Source: Mizuhopecten yessoensis (lineage: Eukaryota). From it: a DNA stretch of 64,000 nucleotides. The notes below the pieces were generated by a model, which did not search any database, was not told the DNA's origin, and was given only the letters and a program-made list of their open reading frames with translations. The first letter of the stretch is position 1; every line of letters starts with the position of its first letter. Both the position numbers and the translations under genes were made by a program. Location of the stretch: the NCBI RefSeq assembly GCF_002113885.1, contig NW_018480057.1, forward strand, positions 1,606 to 65,605, given 5' to 3'. Positions 12,620-24,400 of this stretch are shown piece after piece.

Positions 12620-13276
12620 TGAAGAGTTGGAATGATGGAATGCAGATGGTGAATGTTTTTGATTAGGATTTTTTACGAATCTCTCGATCATTTGAAGAAA
12701 ATTCTCCCATCGCTGGTCCAGTAAGAATCAATGGACTTGGTCCATTTGGCTCGTCCAAGATCCTTAACTATCGCGCGCGGGATCGCTTGGCTAGCTTTGG
12801 TCAGGTCTTCGGTAATGGCCGGCATATAATTTGATGTTTCCCTTCGCTAGTGGGCTTCCCAATTACAGGAGACCTATAAATATCTTCAGGGCGTAGGTCA
12901 ACATTTAGCTGAGATTTACAGATGTCAATAATGACTGGGTCAGTGAAACGTTGTTGCTCTCTAGATAACTGAATGTTATGAACCTGAGGGTGTTCTTCCT
13001 ACCGTACTGCTCAAGCTCCTCGACTTGGGATGCTAGGGAGCCAACCTGATTCTCAAGAGTTGAGAATTTGGATGACAAGGAATCGTTTAATGTCTTAAGT
13101 TCATTGATTTCAGTGGCCTGGTCATGTATCGTCTGCTGTAGCGGTATAATCATGTCTGCCATAGCATCGCGAACAATAGTCTGGAAAGTTTCACGGAGGT
13201 GGGGTATGCACGCCTCAGCCCATGCAGGTGCTATACTGGATACAAATGAAGGACTGGATAGGGTGGAATGCATCAA
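12620..13276 (-). pseudogene. LINE ORF1p remnant (coiled coil + Tnp22/L1-RRM-like)
   Basis: Coiled coil ending in ELEQYGRKNTLRF (LEQYxRxNxLR motif). Downstream shifted frames give DIYRSPVIGK, ITEDLTK and YWTSDGRIFFK. Confidence 0.75.
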
Positions 13277-13421
13277 GCTGGTAAGGTCTATTCTCTTTCC
13301 TTTGCCTACATCAAGCTGGAGTGGCTGGCCCTCCTCCAGAGAGGAAGTTATCCCCGGCAGAGACGTATAATAATGTATTATACGTCTCTGCCCCCGGGAA
13401 TAAATTTCGCCTTCTATGGGT

Positions 13422-13650
13422 TGGGTGGTCAGTAAGTCCGGGGGACAGTAAGTCCGGGGGACAGTGAGTCCGGAGACTTCCTTTTAGCTGGGCCTGACGG
13501 GGTGGTTCTTGGGTGGTCAGTAAGTCCGGGGGACAGTGAGTCCGGATACTTCCTTTTAGCTGGGGTGGTTCTTGGGTGGTCAGTTAGTCCGGGGGACAGT
13601 GAGTCCGGAGACTTCCTTTCAGCTGGGCCTGATGGGGTGGTTCTTGAAGC
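13422..13650. repeat. GC-rich ~55-70-bp tandem repeat in the LINE 5' region
   Basis: Three units of GGGTGGTCAGTAAGTCCGGGGGACAGTGAGTCCGGAGACTTCCTTTTAGCTGGG. Confidence 0.85.
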
Positions 13651-14769
13651 CGAAATTATGTAGTTGTGTAATTATGTATGACATATACAAAGACATGTAA
13701 ACCAAGATGACCGAGTGTTAGAACAAAGGACAGTGACGAGTCGGTTGGCAAAAACATAAACGTCTCTTCATGGGTGGGTATAATCGGAGTTAAGATGGCA
13801 TAATGACAAGAAGGTTAGCACGCTGTCAAAATGACAGATATGTACCCAACGTCTAAAACACACACAGATGTATAACACAGCATTTCTTGGTGGAGCTGGT
13901 CAGATTCGGACAATGCAGATCGCCATCTTATGACGTCACCCTCAAGGTTGCGATCCCTATGGAAGGGGATCACCGCCATAATATTTTTTAAATAATTAGT
14001 TACTTCTGGTTTGGAATCTTATTCTATGTACATTTGTAAAATTTCCCTAGTTGATAAGTGCAGAGACGTATAAATATATTACAATATACACCTCTCTGGT
14101 AGAGCCAAATTTGTTTATATTATAGCTTTTTATACCCTTTTTTTCAGAAAGTAAAAAATAACATCATGGAAAAATTCTACGTTTCATATAAGCTGCCTAG
14201 ACTAATTGCAATAAGTATATAATTAGTGGTATTAAAGTGGTTCGAAAATCTGTCATATCCATTTTAACCCTCGACACGCTGTACATTACTCCAACAATGT
14301 TACAAGTTTAACACGGCGAAATCCTTAATTGTTTTACAAGCGCCGTGCGGAACATCCGATAAAAATAGCCGACCAGCAGCCTCTTATGGTTTAAGATTAG
14401 TTGTACAAATGCATGTTCCTGTTGTGTCAACAATTAAATCAAGCAAATTATGAAGATCCGCCGAACTGGCAAATTTTTGTAACATATTTTCAAAATTTGA
14501 GAAACCAAAATGTGTGTTAGGAACTTGATGCGCTTTTGTAAATGAAACCGAAGTAAAACTTGGTGAACTGACACAAGAAACTTCAGCATAACAGTATTGC
14601 AAATGATCAAATTAAAATAAAAGAAGAAATCAAACTATGAAAGAATGGTCCGGATTATATCAGTAACGTAACGTATCAGTAACGTAATTCTTAAATACAT
14701 TTGTAGTCTACAAATGCAATATTACCACTCCAACATATAGCTAACTATCTCGATGCTATTATGAAATGT

Positions 14770-15600
14770 GACTTTTACCCGAGTTACTGGAATAAATCTT
14801 TTTATATCAACTTATTAAGTTAGAAGAACCTTATGTAGCCTCGAATTATAGAAGAATCTCTCTTCAATTCTATTCTTTTACAGAAGATTTGTGTCTTAAT
14901 AGTAAAAATATCAGCTCAAGCCAGTTTGGGTTTAGAAAGAAATAGAACTACTGATACCTTATTTTTTGTTCTTAAAATATAACTGACTGAATACACGATA
15001 TCAAAGGTGTATGATTGTTTTATTGACTTTAGTGAAGCCATTGATTGTGTATGAAGGGGTGGTCTACTAGTTAAATTGCTCAACACGGCATATGAACATG
15101 TAAACAAATTATGTTTGATGTGATTAGTGCTGAGGTTTACAAAATTTACCACGGAATATTTTTATACTTTTTATATAGCTCAACATGCAAGATGCAAATT
15201 TAAGATCAACACTTTTTAATGTTTATATAAATGACATTTTAAATGTATTAAGCAATAACCCATTAATTCTAGGATGTTGGAAATCTTCTCTTAGCAGATG
15301 ATCTGTTGATATTAACAGAATCTCCGGAGGGTTTGCAAAAGTATTTGGATAATCTAGAACAATACTGTTCTAAATTGCAATCGTTCATTAATCCCAACAA
15401 AATGAAAACATTTTTTAGCCTAGAAAAACATTACAATAGTAATAAACCATTTTTATTTCAAAATATTTAAACAAGTGACTGAATTCAAATATTTAGATAC
15501 AACACTCTACAGCAATGGTAAATTCACACTTATAGCCAAATAACTTACTGCAAAGAGTAAAACGGTTTTATTTGCCATTAATCAATACCTTTACTGTATT
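14770..15600 (+). pseudogene. Degenerate LINE reverse transcriptase fragment
   Basis: NYRRISL, QFGFRK, FIDFS, ADDLLILTESPEGLQKYLDNLEQYCSK..INPNK in shifting frames. Confidence 0.75.
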
Positions 15601-18600
15601 TTATGATAGTAGAAGAAATGTTTAGTTCCCTACTCAGATATGTGTTGATACATAATTCATGGATACGGTATGTTGATTATTATGAGATAGCTTTCGATGA
15701 CGTCAATAGAGTTAATGCTTAGATATAACTGCGAACATAATCTCCGTCCCAGATAAACTCCTGCAGATTAACCTAAACAATTCAATTCAAGATATTATAT
15801 TGTTTCCAAAAAACAAAAGGATTAGATAACAGGCTATATAAGTTTTCTCCCATTCCGGTTCCAAGATGTGGTATAAGTACATTAAATATAAACATACGGG
15901 TTATGATGGACAAGTGGTACAAATTGACTAGTTAAGAGTATGAATAATTTTGGGAATAGCGATTGTTAACTTAAATGACTTTTGAAGGACTGTTAACTGG
16001 ATTGATTAAAACTTAAGATACAAAAAGGTATAGCAGTTACAAACATACGCAATAATGCTTCTACACTACTGTAAAATATCAATTAACACACATACTCACT
16101 TTCCTAATACACACAATACATTCTTATAAATACACACAAACACCAGTTACACACGTATACACCACACACACCCTAATTTCTCGTCATATACCTATATAAG
16201 TATAATCCATTATAGATAGTATGGTGTGTGAACATGTTCAGCAAATATAACGTCTTGGGCAGAACTAGGACACTATCCAATATTTGTTTTAAAAATCCTC
16301 AAGCTTTATGCTATTTACATAAATATCATAAAATGATACAAATGATCTTGTTAAGCAAGCCCTACAAATTAATATATAAATGTACGATAAAGGCATATAT
16401 ACATGTTATTACATACATTGATACAATTGATAAAGCAATACTAAAATAACATATAATTTTAAGTATGACCCTTGCTATGCTAAGATAAATTAAGATTAAA
16501 AAGTTTGATAAAAACGTTTATTTTATAGTAGGTTTGTTTCATATTTTTTATATTTTGTGATGTGAATAACATAAACAACACTAATAAACTGTATATGTAC
16601 AGTAAAGTTGACAAGTTGAAAATTAAGAAGAATCGTATTTATTGGTACTTAATTTTGAACAAAGACGACTGATAACAAAACTGAGAATAAATAATCATAT
16701 CCTAGAGATCGAAACTTTCAGAGCTAAAATAATTCCTCTGCAACATTTTGTAAGATTTGTAACAAAATCAAGGCCGAGGTACATTTCTTTTTTCTATTGT
16801 ACTTGCAACTCTTAAACATGTTTTCCGAAAATAATAAATTGAATATATCATAAAAAATATATTATTACAGACTTGCAAAGTTGGATTTCAACCAGGATTT
16901 TGCTTTAAATGATATAACAGAATTTCATATTTGTTTTGTTGGTTTCCAAAAGACTTTCTTTTTTGTCAGGTATTTTTGGTAAGGTGATTTCGATGGGTGT
17001 TATCTCTGAGTGCCAAAAGTTTTAAATTCCCTGTAGGGCAACTTTGTTTTAATATGGATTACGCTTTTCATATAATGTGTCTGCGATCCAACAGGTGATT
17101 CTATCTGTAAAACCAGGTGTATTTGGTAAACTTTTGAATTTCCTTTAGTTATATATTTTTGATAACAGTAACAAGCTAATCCATGTAGTATTTGATATGA
17201 TATTAAGTACATAGACCTTTCAATTATAGATAAATGGCATACCAAATTAAAAAAGTTATTATTTGAACAGCTCAATTAATTAAAAGTGAGAAACATCCTA
17301 ATTAGTTTATTAGTTATTTGTTTAGAAAACGCACATTATTTATTAGTACCTCACAGGCGGATACGTGAAAAAATAATATTTCTGAAGGATCAATGTGGTT
17401 TTAGATAATATATAAAATATACAGTATTGATAAATAAAATAGACTTGAAAATAAAGGATTGTGTAACTATTCGTGTTCACAATATATCTAACGTGATATA
17501 GTATGTACAGGTGTAGTTATTGTAGATCGTGTTGGATGATCTTCACCAACAAAGACGTCACTCGTTTCACTGTCCAACACTACAAACACTCAGCTGTTCA
17601 AAAGTGCATCACTTCCCATGTAATGCTTGCTTTCTCTTTGTACATTCCGTTACTTCTGGTATATTCGCTTCACTAGTGACGTTTGAATCGAGAGAGGCCA
17701 GAAACACGATTGATATCAAAACTAATTGATGACTATTTACATGTATAAGTAAAATCTATGTATGCCTACCCTTTGTTGTTTTAACAACCCATTTTTGGTG
17801 TTGAAAATGATGTACCACAAATTAATAAAACAGGTTCATTTTGTCCTGCATTCAAAGTTTAAGAATATGAACTTGATTTAATATTAAAAATGTTATACAT
17901 TGGTAACATTATTTTACGCATGTTAAATATGAGGTGTTCTTAGTTGCAACAACATTGAATATTTACACATGGAATTCAACATTCAAAAATACCCCTAGAG
18001 TTGTTTAATTACAACTGTAGTTGTCAGGTAAAAAGTACATGCATGACTACGTTTTGTTTTTATATACTAATTCATGGTTTGTTCTGATCATGCATTCAAC
18101 AGAACGTTCAGTGTAACCTACGATAATACTAATGTACTTTTTTGTTATTATTTTCTTTGCTGAAAGTTTTTTGTTGTAAAAACTGGATACATTTGTAAGT
18201 ACTAGATACATACTGCAGACCGAGAGATCGGGAATTATCCATGAAAGGTTTCGATTGGTTCTTAAGGTGATCGATCCCGAGATCCTTCTGTTTTAATACA
18301 CCCCATCCCCCCTATCTTTGTCAAATAATCACGAATTGTCAGTCCCAGCTTTTGAACAAAAAAGTGTTGTTTCTCCTGGTGCTATGAGCCATTTATAAGA
18401 AACTAGGCACGAACATTCCATCCTTAGACAATTCTACATTCGGTCTATTCTCATTCTGTAAAAGAACTCTATATGCATAATGGTGTATTTTGTCTTCCAT
18501 GCATATAAAACACGGTCGTGATGACTAGTTTGATTTCAGACTGACGTTTACCAATGGATTCCCTCTATCATTTGGGAGAGGACTTATATAGGCAATGCGC

Positions 18601-18859
18601 GATGTCCAATCCTGATGACTTCTTTTGTTAATAAAATATGTTAAACTTGGAATTGAAATGTAATCCCTCTATCTAGTTAATCATGACGATTATAATAGTT
18701 TCCGTAATCAGTAGTTTTTAAGAGGAAGGGTGATTATCCTAACGCTCAACCTCAATGAGGCCTGTTTTTTCTGTTGGATTTCTTTCCCTTAGATGATTGT
18801 CTTGGTGGACTAATGGATGTCACCATCCAGGTTTTAAAGCAGTTTTCCTTCGCATTTAA

Positions 18860-19830
18860 GACAGCGAATGTGCAGTAATAGATGGAAAAGGTACAACAGA
18901 AGGATTTGGTGTAAAATCTGGTGTAAAACAGGGATGTAATATGTCAGGAGTTTTGTTCCTCTTTATAATAGACTGGATAATGAGAAAAAACAACAGCTAG
19001 TAAAAACACGGGTATAAGATGGAAAAAATGACAACAAATTTAGAAGATATAGACTTTGCAGATGGCATTGCCTTGTTATCCAGCACCAAATAACAGATGC
19101 AAGATTAAGTAAATTTAATTAACAGTTACGCAGCAAAAACAGGCTTAAAAATCAACACAGGCAAAACAAAAGTCATGCGTCTAAATGCTAGCTACTTCCA
19201 GGCAATCACCATCAAAACGTACATGAATTTGTTTACATGGGAGCAACAGTCAGTAATACGGGAGACACAAACGAAGACATCAGAAGGAATATATGATTAG
19301 CATTCCACAAACTCTGATCTGGAGAAGTAACGAAATAAGCAGGAAAACGAAAATAATGCTATTCAAATCAAACGTTATAGCAGTGCTCTTATACAGCTGC
19401 GAACCATGGAAAATGACAAAGGGAGACAAAAAACTACGTGACACCTTTCAACACAAGTGCCTCATAAAGATTCTTATAATCTACTGGCCGAGAAAAGTGT
19501 CCAATGAAACAATGAGAGAAACAGTAGGGGTAAATAAAATCAGCACCTTGATAAAGGAACGTCGTTGGCAATAGTTAGGATATGTTCTAAGGATGGAAAC
19601 TAACGCATACCCACGCATCACACTCGGATGGGCACCGGAAGGAAAAAGAAAGAGGGGAAGGCCGAAAGAGAACCATTGAAAGAGAAAGGAAAATCTGGGT
19701 TTCGGGTCATGGACAGATCAGCCCAGGACAAAAACACAAGGAGAGGACTTGTTCATGGCCCTATTCTCCACTCGGAGAGACAGAAACACATGGAGAGGAC
19801 TTGTTCATGGCCTTATTCTCGGAGAGAAGG
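18860..19830 (+). mobile_element. 5'-truncated RTE-clade LINE fragment (RT C-terminal half)
   Basis: GVKSGVKQGCNMSGVLFLFIIDWIM, LEDIDFADGIALLS, GLKINTGKTKVM, KIMLFKSNVIAVLLYSCEPW, IKERRW, WAPEGKRKRG. Frameshifted. Confidence 0.9.
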
Positions 19831-19851
19831 AATTAGGTCAAACGTAAGTTA

Positions 19852-20150
19852 ATGACGGACAAAGAGTGACCTACCTAGATCATCGCCGGCCAGTGTATGG
19901 ATATGAGTACTGACGGACAAAGAGTAACCAACCAAGTTCATCACTGGCCATTGTATGTATGTGAGTACTGACGGACAAAGAGTAACTTATCTACTTCATC
20001 ACTGGCCAGTGTATGTATATGAGTACTGACCGACAAAGAGTAACCTACTTAGTTTCATCACTGGCTAGTGTATGTATGCGAGTACTGACGGACAAAGAGT
20101 AACTTACCTAGTTCATCACTGGCTAGTGTATGCATACGAGTACTGACGGG
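19852..20150. repeat. ~58-bp minisatellite (5 units)
   Basis: TGACGGACAAAGAGTAACCTACCTAGTTCATCACTGGCCAGTGTATGTATATGAGTAC repeats. Confidence 0.9.
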
Positions 20151-21156
20151 ACGCCTCGGTTGTGATTTTGTTACAGCATCTTTTTTCTTTTTTTTCTTTT
20201 TTCTTTTTCTTCAAATATTTTATTCCTCCCCAGCTGAAATTACCCGATCTCGCTCAGTTACAGGTAAAAAAAATATTCTCGCACCTTTTAGTTCGAAAAG
20301 TATCCCGCCTTGGGCCTCAAATGATAATTACCTCTTTACTACTGAAGCTACATTTGAATGCTTCCGCGTAAAAAAGTAGTCGGTCCTTACTTAGATTACA
20401 ACGTATTTCACAGCGTAGATTATATTTTATCTACAACATCAAATATCTAATATCGGGGTGGATTCTATTTCCTGCTTATTACCTAAAACCCGTAAAAACA
20501 GCTGCTATTCTACTAAAGTTGGAAACTGTCCAAACATTTCACATTTGCATATGAAGCCCGGATGGCAATTGTTAGTGACGTCAATGACCCTGACTGCCCC
20601 CAAAACGTCATAAAATGACGTTACGAACAATAGTGTGACCCCGAAAAGTCACTATAATTCCCCCGCCAGTCTGCGCGTGTAAGCGATCTAGACCCGTGGG
20701 TCTGATAGAATTTCGGATATCTCTGTCTAGTATGCAAGAATACAGAATCTTAGCCCGAGGGTTTCTATGGCAAACAATAACCGTAGAAGATATTTTCCCA
20801 ATCTTATCAATAAAATGTTCCACAACTATGGATATTAGCCCTTTTCTATCATAAATATATGTTCGAAAACAACAGAAATCAGCATTTGGAATTTGGTATC
20901 TTTCCAAGTTTGCATATGTTTTCCCGTTGAAATCCTCCGTAACATACTTTGTTCCTGTAACGTCATTCTATTGTTAAGTTCGATTTAAGTATTACGCAAT
21001 GACGTAATGCTTACTATCATCGGGAATAACGTCAACGTACTTTGTTGCTGTAATGTCATTTTATTGTTAAGTTCGATTGAAGTATTACGTAATGACGTAA
21101 TGCTTACTATCATCGGGAATTACAGAGATTTTATATCACCGGGGATGACAGAGAAG
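20151..21156 (+). mobile_element. Non-autonomous Crypton-like hairpin element(s), left part deleted (paralog of 37945-39053)
   Basis: Right hairpin arm from ACGCCTCGG, TTCTCGCA after the hairpin, and the end motif GCGCGTG..GACCCGTGGGTC..TATGCAAGAA. Confidence 0.5.
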
Positions 21157-21425
21157 AGTGGCCGGGTGGCACAGGGATAGCACACTTGCCATTCACGTCC
21201 GGAAATTCAAATTCCTTTTGTCCGGTATCCTACCACCCTAAGAACCTCTATGCGTTTTCATTCGGGGAATAATATTTATAATTCTCATAAAAGAAATAAA
21301 ATTTATATTTTGTAACAGAGAAACCCGAGAAGGTAAAGCTTGAGACACTTCTGTGATAGTGAAAGAGAAATAAGTTATCATTCAAAGCCAAGAAGATTTG
21401 TCCCGATGAACACAGTGCAGATGTA

Positions 21426-24400
21426 CTACACCTGTGGTCGACCTTTTGCATGCTTCTTACAACATCTGGATACATAATTTGTGATGTCAATAAGGATGAC
21501 GGAGCCAAAAACACAGGCGAGAAAGAGCGCGCCGACGAGGCCAATACCTTTGGAGGACGGACGTGAATCACTGGCACTGATCAACTTTCTCTTCCAAGCC
21601 GACGTCGTGGTCTTCTGTACGAACAGCTCCGATTTCAGGGCTAGAACCATGGACTTCAACTTTTGAACTGTCAAATTTCGAGGAACACTCTGGAGTTTGC
21701 AGTTTGAACACGGACAATGCTCAGCCACTGGTTGAGTTGTGACTTGGGGAAACTGAAAGAGTAAATACAGACTATCTTAGTCCCTGCTAATTTTTCATAT
21801 TTTGTTTTCATCTCAGGTCATTTAAGATATTCTCGTTTTACTTATATACACATCTTATAAATTTCGTGAAAGATACGAAGCACTTTAGTTCATTGATAAT
21901 CATTAGAAAAATAAGGATGCACCCGGTTAAACGTTAAGTTAGTCGGTTATTTAAGAAAGTAAATAATTAATGCACTAATTAAACAATTCATTCTTTTAAT
22001 ACCCGTAAATGAAATCAAAGGTAAAAAACAGGTCTAAAATGTTCCTTAAAAAATCATGTAAAATTGAATCAAAAGGAAAACGTGCATATACAACCCATTA
22101 TCAAAGTAAATAATTAATGCACTAATTAAACATTTCATTCTTTTAATACCCATAAATGAAATCAAAGGTAAAAAAGGTCTAAAATGTTCCTAAAAAAGCA
22201 TGTAAAATTGAATCAAAAGGAAAACGTGCATATACAACCCATTATCAAAGTAAATAATTAATGCACTAATTAAACATTTCATTCTGTTAATACTCATAAA
22301 TGAAATCAAAGGTAAAAAATGTCTAAAATGTTCCTAAAAAAGCATGTAAAAATGCATCAAAAGGAAAACGTGCATATACAACCCTTTATCAAGTTGTTAT
22401 TTAGATATTATGGTTATGGCAGATAAATGTTTTACATTAATTTCAGTTATACTGGGCAATGCATATTATTGTTAAATATCAAAAAAAGCAAATACAAAGA
22501 AAGGAACCATCTTTTTAAAAAACAGAAAACGTCAATGCAGAAACGAAAAAAAGAGACCCGTTTACTGTACCACATTTAGCACTCAACAATGGAACGTACG
22601 TTCTAACGAATGAAAACTCGGGTTTAAAGTGACAAGAAAAAAAAGGGCCTAGAAAACCCTTTGTTACTTTCGACTACAACGGATGTTTTTAATACAACAG
22701 ATATTTAAACTTACAACATTCGACTACAATATATAATTTGTGTTTAATATAACATATTAGTTTTTAAGCTAGTATTTCACGTAAACCGTATCCAAAACAA
22801 ATCCAGTTTCAATTCAAGTTATCCTACTGATTCAACGACAGTCTGACGTAAAATAATCACTACAAATACAAAATATGAAGCAAGCATTTATACACCAATT
22901 TAAGCAAGTCGATGCTGCAAGCGAAACAATGCTTACTACACCAAATGGCCATTTCGTCTTTTAGAACATTTAGGACCGTAACACTAAAGTTCAAAACAAT
23001 AGAAATGCATGTCTAAAGTGCTTCAGAATAGGTTCAAAAACACAAAAAGACGAGCAAGGTATTTTCCAGTAACCACGAATTTACCACACCCGCCCGATGG
23101 ACCATATGAAGAGTCATTTAACAAGTGAAATGCAAATCACTTGCCTACAGGGGTGCAAGTGACGAAAATTCAAGTAATACATTGTAACTGTTTTACTGCA
23201 CACTCTGAGTACATACTTGTACACGATAAGAATTGCCTCATTATATCTATTGGTTGATTTTATCATACTTCATATTCACCGTTACCTAGCTGTTACAATA
23301 AACCCATTTTTTTCATTTCAGTGGAGAAAAAAACCCAAATAACTCACTGGTGCAGTTAGTGAAATGTTTGGGCAATACGTAAGGTAGAACGATTACGCTA
23401 TGAGTACGTGATATTACTTGGATTTGACCTAGCTTTATATGGTGGGTGTTGTCGATGAAGCAGAAGATGCGTACCCATCCGGATCACATGATCTGATTCT
23501 TCTTGTACGTTATCAAGGAACTCCATGACACTCTTTCCTTTGTTCATATTTTGCACTAGTTTTATCGGTTTGATATCAAGTTATTGGTTTTGAAACTGGG
23601 ATATGCTCTTGTTATTGTTGTTGGTATAGTATTTAATTGTTTTGTTTTTGTTTTAGTTTTTGCTTTTTTATACATGTATTTTCAAAAAGGACTTCGGATA
23701 TAAGTGCAGACAAATTTATCTGATGAGTTCTTTTTTTCAAACAGAGAGCACAATACTACGAATGGTGACAACATTGATCTACAAAGATTATAATGATCAC
23801 CAATACAAAATGCATTGATTATACATGTACACGCATCACCGACACATTTTGATCCTCTCCAAACGTGAATAATCATCACTTTTTCATTAATAGGAAATTC
23901 ATTTGACTGCACAGACCGTTTGATAACAGAAAGCCTCCACCATTTGCGTAAACCTATACATTATAAATACCTATTAAATACTCACTCAGTACAACGGACG
24001 GAAACAGGTATTCTAAAACCGAAGCCATGTGGCGTCCAACACACTAACACACAAAAATGTGATTATAATACAGGATGAGCTCACGTCACATCACAACCCT
24101 CGCAGGTTCGGGGAAAGAATAGGCATGCTGCATTTCACTGACCGGTCGTAAGAGGCGACTTATGTGAGCGGTCGTACGAGGCGACTTATGTGAGCGGTCG
24201 TACGAGGCGACTTATGTACCTTTCCCTACAAGATTGATTGGTCTATCCTTTGTCTTCTGTATAGGAGACATTGAAGCAACCAAGAGTAGACCTGTTGTAT
24301 CTCACTGCATTTGTATTGTAATAGGCGTCTAATGTTGAGACCCTGCATTATCGGGGGATTTCTTCTATGTCTTTTACGAAGAGCATGGAAGGGACAAAAA

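Larger units (their letters stand above)
10458..13940 (-). mobile_element. CR1/L2-type LINE: intact 5' end, ORF1 and start of ORF2, 3' part missing
   Basis: 5' end with TGACGTCA + AAGATGGCG (YY1-like motif), then an ORF1 remnant, a long spacer, and an ORF2 start with a 2A-like motif and APE endonuclease N-terminus. Stops at the MITE at 10457. Confidence 0.8.

Noticed and set aside
14263-14290. TTAACCC piggyBac-like start
   Set aside because: No matching inverted end found in the window.
19852-20150. Regular repeats resembling a CRISPR array (also 36920-37507, 62282-64000)
   Set aside because: Units are contiguous with no unique spacers, there are no cas genes and the context is eukaryotic; these are minisatellites.
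23715-23760. CTGATGA hammerhead-core-like motifs (also ~18612, ~41426)
   Set aside because: No correctly placed GAAA or flanking stems seen.
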